Assembly: GCA_013378385.1 (NCBI GenBank)
Contig: JACAFS010000035.1
Location: forward strand, 1 to 10,270
DNA: 10,270 nt
Direction: 5' to 3'
From: Nitrososphaerota archaeon
GTDB taxonomy: Archaea; Thermoproteota; Nitrososphaeria; Nitrososphaerales; UBA57
Positions 5,374 through 10,270 of the stretch are shown one piece after another. Position 1 is the stretch's first letter. The number at the start of each line of letters is the position of its first letter. Made by a program: the position numbers and the translations under genes. The notes beneath the pieces were generated by a model. The model saw only the letters and a program-made list of their open reading frames with translations. It ran no database searches and was not told where the DNA came from.

Positions 5374-6492
5374 TTGGCAGATTATTCAGTAACTCCATGG
5401 GAAGTAAAAGGAGACGTAGATTACGATAGATTAGTAAGGGATTTTGGAACGTCGTACATTGACCAATCTTTAATGAATAGGGTGGAAAAGCATACTGGAA
5501 AACCGCATTTTATGTTAAAAAGAAAGGTATTTTTTAGCCATAGAGATTTCAACTGGATTCTTGACAAATATGAAAAAGACGAAAAATTCTTTTTATACAC
5601 GGGAAGAGGACCTTCAGGAGATACACATTTAGGGCATTTACTACCTTGGATTTTTACCCAATATTTACAAGAAAAATTTGGTGTAGAATTATATTTTCAG
5701 ATTACTGATGACGAGAAATATATGCATGATAGGTCATTAACAAGGAAACAAGTATCGGATTTCTCTTATGAAAATATATTAGACATAATAGCATTGGGTT
5801 TTGATCCAGATAAAACATTCATTTTCAAGAATACTGAATACATAAAAACGATGTATAAAATTTCAACAGATATAGCAAAACATGTAACATTTTCCACGGC
5901 AAAAAGTATCTTTGGTTTCCAGAACAGTTCAAATATTGGAATGATTTTTTTCCCGTCGTTACAAGCTGCGACTTGTTTTTTGCCTTCAGAATTAAAAGGA
6001 AAGAATATTCCATGTTTGATTCCAGCAGCAATAGATCAAGATGATTATTGGAGAGGAATTGCTAGAGAGATTGCACCAAAACTTGGTTATTATAAGCCAG
6101 CTCAGATACACTCGAAATTTTTACCAGCGTTGCAGAGGGGAGAGAAAATGAGTGCGTCAAAACCAAACACTGCAATATTCACAACTGATGAACCAGAAGT
6201 AGCTGAGAAAAAAATAAAAAGTGCGTTTACAGGAGGTAGGGATACTGTAGAAGAGCATAGAAAACATGGGGGTAATCCAGATATAGATAGCGCATTCCAA
6301 TACCTTTACATGATTTTAGAGGAGGATGACAAGAAAATAGAAGAGATTGAGAGAGATTATAGAGCAGGTAATCTATTATCAGGAGAATTAAAACAAATAG
6401 CTGCAGAAAAAATCAAGATATTTTTAAAAGAACATCAAAGAAAAAGAGAGTCTGCAAAGAAAACTTTCGATAAATTTATTTTGAGAGATTAG
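5374..6492 (+). CDS. trpS: Tryptophan--tRNA ligase (archaeal/eukaryal type), TTG start
   Basis: Class I motifs are present: HIGH-like GDTHLGH and KMSKS-like KMSAS. The N-terminus (M)ADYSVTPWEVKGDVDYDRLVRDFGT matches the conserved archaeal TrpRS N-terminus I recall (…VTPWEV.G.VDY.KL…). The next in-frame ATG would delete it. TTG 5374 is the first canonical start after the in-frame stop at 5305. Confidence 0.9.
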   Translation: MADYSVTPWEVKGDVDYDRLVRDFGTSYIDQSLMNRVEKHTGKPHFMLKRKVFFSHRDFNWILDKYEKDEKFFLYTGRGPSGDTHLGHLLPWIFTQYLQEKFGVELYFQITDDEKYMHDRSLTRKQVSDFSYENILDIIALGFDPDKTFIFKNTEYIKTMYKISTDIAKHVTFSTAKSIFGFQNSSNIGMIFFPSLQAATCFLPSELKGKNIPCLIPAAIDQDDYWRGIAREIAPKLGYYKPAQIHSKFLPALQRGEKMSASKPNTAIFTTDEPEVAEKKIKSAFTGGRDTVEEHRKHGGNPDIDSAFQYLYMILEEDDKKIEEIERDYRAGNLLSGELKQIAAEKIKIFLKEHQRKRESAKKTFDKFILRD

Positions 6493-6497
6493 GTGAT
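6491..6497 (+). promoter_or_regulatory. Shine-Dalgarno-like AGGTGAT upstream of pheS (overlaps the trpS stop codon)
   Basis: AGGTGAT is complementary to the AUCACCU near the 3' end of archaeal 16S rRNA (established). It lies 5 nt before TTG 6503 and 14 nt before ATG 6512. This is the expected arrangement for an operon-internal gene. Confidence 0.45.
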
Positions 6498-6502
6498 TAA
6501 GA

Positions 6503-8020
6503 TTGGCGGATATGAACACAAATAACTTGCATTTATTAGAAAGAAAATTATTGCAAGTGATGTCTGGTAGGAATGAGACTGAGCTTGAGGATTTAGTTAG
6601 TGATTCTGGGCTTACTTTAGACCAGATAAGAAGATCAGTAGAATGGTTGAAAGAGAAGAATCTGATTGAGGTAAAAGTGAATGAAATTAAATTAATCACT
6701 CTTGGGAGAGAAGGGGAAAGTGTAAAGCAGAAAGGATTACCTGAAAAAAGACTTGTAAATAAATTAAAAACTGGAGAAGATATTGAATTATCGGAATTAC
6801 CAAAAAAGATAGATTTGAATCAAGATGAATTATCAGCGGCATTAGGATATGCAAGGTCAGAGAAATGGATCAAGATTTTCAAGAAAGATAACAGAGTCAT
6901 GATACGAAAGGAGGGCAATAGTACAGCGTCAAGAGTGGAAGAGTTATTAAATAAAATTTCCGGACCTACAGAACTTTCGAATTTTGCCTCGGAAGAACAG
7001 GAAATACTACGTTCGCTAGTAAAAAGACCTGATTATATTGCATATGAAATAGTAAAGAAAACACGTATAAAGATTACAAAAGATGGTTTAGAGATCGCAA
7101 GAAATATTAAAGATGATAATTACATCGATGTGCTAACGCCGAAGATGTTAGAATCAGGAGAATGGAGAAACAATACTTTAAGACCATTAAATGTAGAATC
7201 GCCAGCTCCAACAATATATTCTGGAAAGAAACATCCGGTAAGGATATTCATAGATGAAGTAAGAGAGATTTTTGTATCGTTAGGTTTTCAAGAAGTAGAA
7301 GGGTCAATTGTTCAATCTTCGTTTTGGAATTTTGATGCTTTATTTACACCTCAAGATCATCCTGCAAGAGAGATTCAGGATACTTTTTACATTGCAAATG
7401 AGAGATCGTCACTTAATGTAGACAAACAAATATTGAAAAATGTAGAAGGTGTACATAAAAATGGTGCAGATACGGGCTCAAAAGGTTGGGGGTATCAATG
7501 GAACATCGAACAAGCACGAAGAATGGTCATGAGAACACATACAACTTGTGTATCAGTAAAGAACTTAGCAGATAACAAACCAGATGAGGCGAGAGTATTT
7601 TCAGTTGGAAGAGTATTTCGTAATGAGAAAGTTACTTTCAAGAACTTGGTTGAATTTCATCAGATTGAAGGAATTGTAGTAGGCAAAGATGTAACACTTA
7701 GAGATTTAATGGGATTATTAACAAAATTCTATAAAAAATTAGGATTTGATAAGATAAAGTTTTGGCCTTCATTTTTCCCTTATACTGAACCGTCGCTACA
7801 GTCAATGGTATATCATGAAGGTCTAGGTAAGTGGATAGAATTGGGAGGTATGGGAATATTTAGACCTGAAGTTACTAAGCCGCTTGGTGTAGACAATCCA
7901 GTTCTTGCATGGGGAAGCGGATTAGAACGACTTGTTATGTTAAGATATGGAATAGATGATGTTAGAAAGCTATATGAGAATGATCTTGATTGGTTAAGGG
8001 GGGTTCCATCATGCCCGTAG
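6503..8020 (+). CDS. pheS: Phenylalanine--tRNA ligase alpha subunit (archaeal/eukaryal type)
   Basis: Class II motifs are present: motif 2 GRVFRNE, and motif 3 GMGIFRPEV...GSGLERLVMLRYG. There is a long N-terminal winged-helix-like extension. The start is either TTG 6503 (better SD spacing) or ATG 6512. Confidence 0.9.
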   Translation: MADMNTNNLHLLERKLLQVMSGRNETELEDLVSDSGLTLDQIRRSVEWLKEKNLIEVKVNEIKLITLGREGESVKQKGLPEKRLVNKLKTGEDIELSELPKKIDLNQDELSAALGYARSEKWIKIFKKDNRVMIRKEGNSTASRVEELLNKISGPTELSNFASEEQEILRSLVKRPDYIAYEIVKKTRIKITKDGLEIARNIKDDNYIDVLTPKMLESGEWRNNTLRPLNVESPAPTIYSGKKHPVRIFIDEVREIFVSLGFQEVEGSIVQSSFWNFDALFTPQDHPAREIQDTFYIANERSSLNVDKQILKNVEGVHKNGADTGSKGWGYQWNIEQARRMVMRTHTTCVSVKNLADNKPDEARVFSVGRVFRNEKVTFKNLVEFHQIEGIVVGKDVTLRDLMGLLTKFYKKLGFDKIKFWPSFFPYTEPSLQSMVYHEGLGKWIELGGMGIFRPEVTKPLGVDNPVLAWGSGLERLVMLRYGIDDVRKLYENDLDWLRGVPSCP

Positions 8021-9654
8021 TCACAGTCTATTATGATAGAATATTTTCGATGTTGAAAGGTGATATATCGAAGGATGAATTAATTGATAAGATTCCGTAC
8101 CTAGGTTTGGATATTGAAGAACAAACTGAGGAATACATAAAGATAGAATATAATCCGAATCGTCCAGATTATTCTACTGATTATGGACTAGCAAGATCTT
8201 TGAATAGTTTTTTAGATTTTGAGACTCAATATTCAAAATATGATGTATATGAAAGTGATTTAGTGATTAATATTGATAAATCAACTAAAGATGTTAGGCC
8301 GTATATTGTTGCAGCAGTAATAAAAGATATCAAATTAGATGATGAAACAATAAGGCAGATCATCACAATGCAGGAGGATTTGCACAACGGTATTGGAAGA
8401 AAAAGGAAGAAAGTTGCAATAGGAATTCATAATTTGGATGTTATAAAATCACCGTTGGAATACATCACGGTAGATGATTCATTTTCATTTATTCCTTTAA
8501 ACAAGGATTCAGATATGACGGTAAAAGAAATATTGGATTCAGAAATAGGGAATCAATATGCAAGTATACTTGCAGGGAATAATCTATATCCTATTATCAG
8601 GGATGCAAACAAACAAGTTTTGTCTTTTCCTCCAATAATTAATGGAGATTTAACTCGATTAGATTCGAAAACAACTAATTTGTTTATAGATGTAACAGGA
8701 ACTGATTTAGATTCAGTGTGTAATGCATTATCGGTAATTTTCACAACTCTACATGATGCAGGTGGAAAGGTTCACGCAGTAGAGATTAATTCGGATAATT
8801 CCAAGATTAAGACACCGCAAATCAAAGAAGAGGTAATAGAAGTTGAGTTAGAATATGTAAGATCGCTTCTGGGATTGGAATTATCAGAAAAGGAGGTTAT
8901 TACATATTTACGTCGATGTAGGATTTCAGCAAATATAGAAAATAATAAGGTAAGAGTAAAAACAGAGCCGTTCAGATTTGATTTGATTCATCCCGTAGAT
9001 GTAATCGAAGAAATTGTATTAGGCTATGGCATACACAACCTAAAACCAACACTGCCAGGTTCGGATATGACTGGTGGATTTGATAAAAATCAACAATTCT
9101 TGGATAAAGCAAGAGATGTTCTTACAGGATTAGGATTAATTGAGATAATGACAATTGGGCTAATCAGTGAAGATATGCTAAAAAAGTCTGAAATGAGTAC
9201 AGATAATTTGTTAAAAGTTGTTGATACAAAGAGTATTGAACATGAAGTACTGAAGAATTCTAATGTGCCAGCTATTCTCAAAACATTTTCAAAAAATATA
9301 CATAAAAAATATCCTCAAAGAATCTTTGAGATTTCTAGAGTGTTTAACAAAACCGATAATGAAATACAGGAACATTATCAGCTTACGGTAGGGTTAGCAC
9401 ATGCAACAGTGAATTTTACAGAGGCAAATTCATATCTAAATGCATTTGGTAAACAGTTACTTGGCATGAATCTGTCGACAAGAGCTAATGAAAGTGAATT
9501 ATTTGTAAAAGGACGAGGAGCCGAAATAATTAATGGGAAGGGAATAAAAATCGGAATAGTGGGAGAAATTAATCCACAAGTTTTAGAGAATTTTGCATTA
9601 CGAACACCAATATCATTGTTTGATATAGATTTAGATGAATTAATGAAGAGATAG
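8011..9654 (+). CDS. pheT: Phenylalanine--tRNA ligase beta subunit (archaeal type)
   Basis: The protein is 547 aa from ATG 8011 (MPVVTVYYDRIFSML...), the typical archaeal PheT N-terminus and size. B3/4-like and B5-like regions are present (PYIVAAVIKD, QEDLHNGIGRKRKKVAIGIHNLD, FPPIINGD). It overlaps the pheS stop by 10 nt (ATGCCCGTAG). The TTG 7990 start in the track is unlikely. Confidence 0.9.
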   Translation: MPVVTVYYDRIFSMLKGDISKDELIDKIPYLGLDIEEQTEEYIKIEYNPNRPDYSTDYGLARSLNSFLDFETQYSKYDVYESDLVINIDKSTKDVRPYIVAAVIKDIKLDDETIRQIITMQEDLHNGIGRKRKKVAIGIHNLDVIKSPLEYITVDDSFSFIPLNKDSDMTVKEILDSEIGNQYASILAGNNLYPIIRDANKQVLSFPPIINGDLTRLDSKTTNLFIDVTGTDLDSVCNALSVIFTTLHDAGGKVHAVEINSDNSKIKTPQIKEEVIEVELEYVRSLLGLELSEKEVITYLRRCRISANIENNKVRVKTEPFRFDLIHPVDVIEEIVLGYGIHNLKPTLPGSDMTGGFDKNQQFLDKARDVLTGLGLIEIMTIGLISEDMLKKSEMSTDNLLKVVDTKSIEHEVLKNSNVPAILKTFSKNIHKKYPQRIFEISRVFNKTDNEIQEHYQLTVGLAHATVNFTEANSYLNAFGKQLLGMNLSTRANESELFVKGRGAEIINGKGIKIGIVGEINPQVLENFALRTPISLFDIDLDELMKR

Positions 9655-9658
9655 ATTT

Positions 9659-10153
9659 CTAGGATCTGATTGTAACTTTCATTGTAACTTTATCGAAAGG
9701 ATTGTCCGCAGAATCTTTTTTAACATTTACAATTTTATCGGCAACGTCCATACCTTCGATTACTTCACCAAATATAGAATACTGTCCATCTAAGAAATTA
9801 GAATCTGTAACAACAATAAAGAATTGAGAACCTGCGGAATTAGGGTTCTGTGCTCGGGCCATCGATAATATACCTCGTTTATGTGTCAAGGTTTGGCTAA
9901 ATTCAGCCTTTATAGAATATCCAGGGCCTCCCACACCATGAGACTTTCGATCTTCATTTTTAGAATTAGGGTCTCCTCCTTGAATCATAAAATCAGGCAT
10001 TACACGATGGAAAGTAGTTCCATCATAAAATCCATCCTGAGCTAATTTAACGAAATTTTCAACATGTCCTGAAGCTACGTCAGGAAACAATTGAATTTTT
10101 ATATCACCGAATTTAGTTTTAATAACTGCAATTGGTCCAGAACTATTATTCAT
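9659..10153 (-). CDS. Cyclophilin-type peptidyl-prolyl cis-trans isomerase
   Basis: Hallmark blocks are FHRVMPDFMIQGGDP, GILSMARAQNPNSAGSQFFIV, LDGQYSIFGEVIEGMDV. The protein is 164 aa. Confidence 0.92.
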   Translation of the reverse strand: MNNSSGPIAVIKTKFGDIKIQLFPDVASGHVENFVKLAQDGFYDGTTFHRVMPDFMIQGGDPNSKNEDRKSHGVGGPGYSIKAEFSQTLTHKRGILSMARAQNPNSAGSQFFIVVTDSNFLDGQYSIFGEVIEGMDVADKIVNVKKDSADNPFDKVTMKVTIRS

Positions 10154-10176
10154 AATATCTGATGAGTCAGAGTTAC

Positions 10177-10186
10177 TATTAAATAA
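10177..10186 (-). promoter_or_regulatory. TATA box (minus-strand TTATTTAATA) for the cyclophilin gene; leaderless
   Basis: The box is centred about 28 nt upstream of ATG 10153. Confidence 0.4.
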
Positions 10187-10221
10187 GAAGAATCCAATTA
10201 CGATTTTGAAAAAGATAATTT

Positions 10222-10270
10222 CTAAGAACGAATAGTAACCTTCATGGTAACTTTATCGAGAGGATTATCC
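10222..10270 (-). CDS. 3' end of a second, tandem cyclophilin-type PPIase paralog (5' part lies outside the window)
   Basis: The minus strand reads ...DNPLDKVTMKVTIRS* (stop = cta 10222-10224). This is nearly identical to the C-terminus DNPFDKVTMKVTIRS* of the 9659..10153 gene. By my hand alignment, about 44 of 53 nt are identical to 9655..9707. It is absent from the ORF track because it is truncated. Confidence 0.75.
   Translation of the reverse strand, partial: DNPLDKVTMKVTIRS

Noticed and set aside
5825-6031. 68-aa ORF on the minus strand
   Set aside because: It is antisense inside trpS, has no recognisable motifs, and looks like a shadow ORF.
6424-6699. 91-aa ORF on the minus strand spanning the trpS/pheS junction
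   Set aside because: It is antisense to two confidently called synthetase genes. It is Ser/Phe/Leu-rich and low-complexity, with no start context.
7990-8010. TTG start giving a MVKGGSI extension on pheT
   Set aside because: ATG 8011 yields the canonical MP(V/T)V... archaeal PheT N-terminus. The extension lies fully inside pheS coding sequence.
8553-8744. 63-aa ORF on the minus strand
   Set aside because: It is a shadow ORF antisense inside pheT.
9090-9281. 63-aa ORF on the minus strand
   Set aside because: It is a shadow ORF antisense inside pheT.
10159-10170. CTGATGAGTCAG: resembles the hammerhead ribozyme core CUGAUGA or a box C motif, and forms a ctga/tcag mini-hairpin
   Set aside because: I could find no helix II hairpin or GAAA element for a hammerhead downstream. 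There is no D box (CUGA) at guide distance on the plus strand and no C box upstream on the minus strand. It sits in the 5' flank of the cyclophilin start and is probably chance.
1-10270. CRISPR arrays, cas genes, toxin-antitoxin or other defence islands, IS elements
   Set aside because: No regularly spaced direct repeats were seen on either strand. All sizeable ORFs are accounted for by housekeeping or conserved hypothetical genes.

Overview
This is an AT-rich (about one-third GC by eye), tightly packed archaeal chromosomal segment. The lineage inference rests on several signals. They are an archaeal/eukaryal-type TrpRS, a two-subunit archaeal PheRS, a type-2 methionine aminopeptidase, an archaeal-type PPAT, a tRNA with BHB introns, a stand-alone 5S rRNA, and TATA boxes about 26 nt upstream of start codons (leaderless mRNAs). 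Together they suggest a Nitrosopumilus-like thaumarchaeon; this is inference, not a database match. Gene order runs: C-terminal fragment of a membrane-anchored protein (+), YfcH/TIGR01777-type epimerase (-), B12-binding regulator-like protein (+), tRNA-Trp(CCA) with two introns (-), PPAT (-), MetAP2 (+). It continues with a small zinc-ribbon protein and a DUF1512-like membrane protein (one operon, -), 5S rRNA (-), a trpS-pheS-pheT operon (+), and two tandem cyclophilin genes (-, the second cut by the window edge). I saw no CRISPR array, transposase, integrase or obvious defence genes. The best novelty candidate is the 285-aa protein at 1189..2046. With exact spacing, it carries the motif set I recall as diagnostic of CarH-type adenosylcobalamin photoreceptors (Wx9EH plus ExHxx[G]-x41-SxT-x25-GG). 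These motifs are fused to a basic beta-hairpin-like N-terminal module rather than a MerR domain. The gene sits next to a divergent promoter region containing a perfect 12-bp palindrome. Secondary items are an uncharacterised membrane-protein/zinc-ribbon operon embedded among translation genes, the doubly interrupted tRNA-Trp, TTG start codons, and the cyclophilin duplication. All family assignments come from reading motifs by eye and need HMM or BLAST confirmation.
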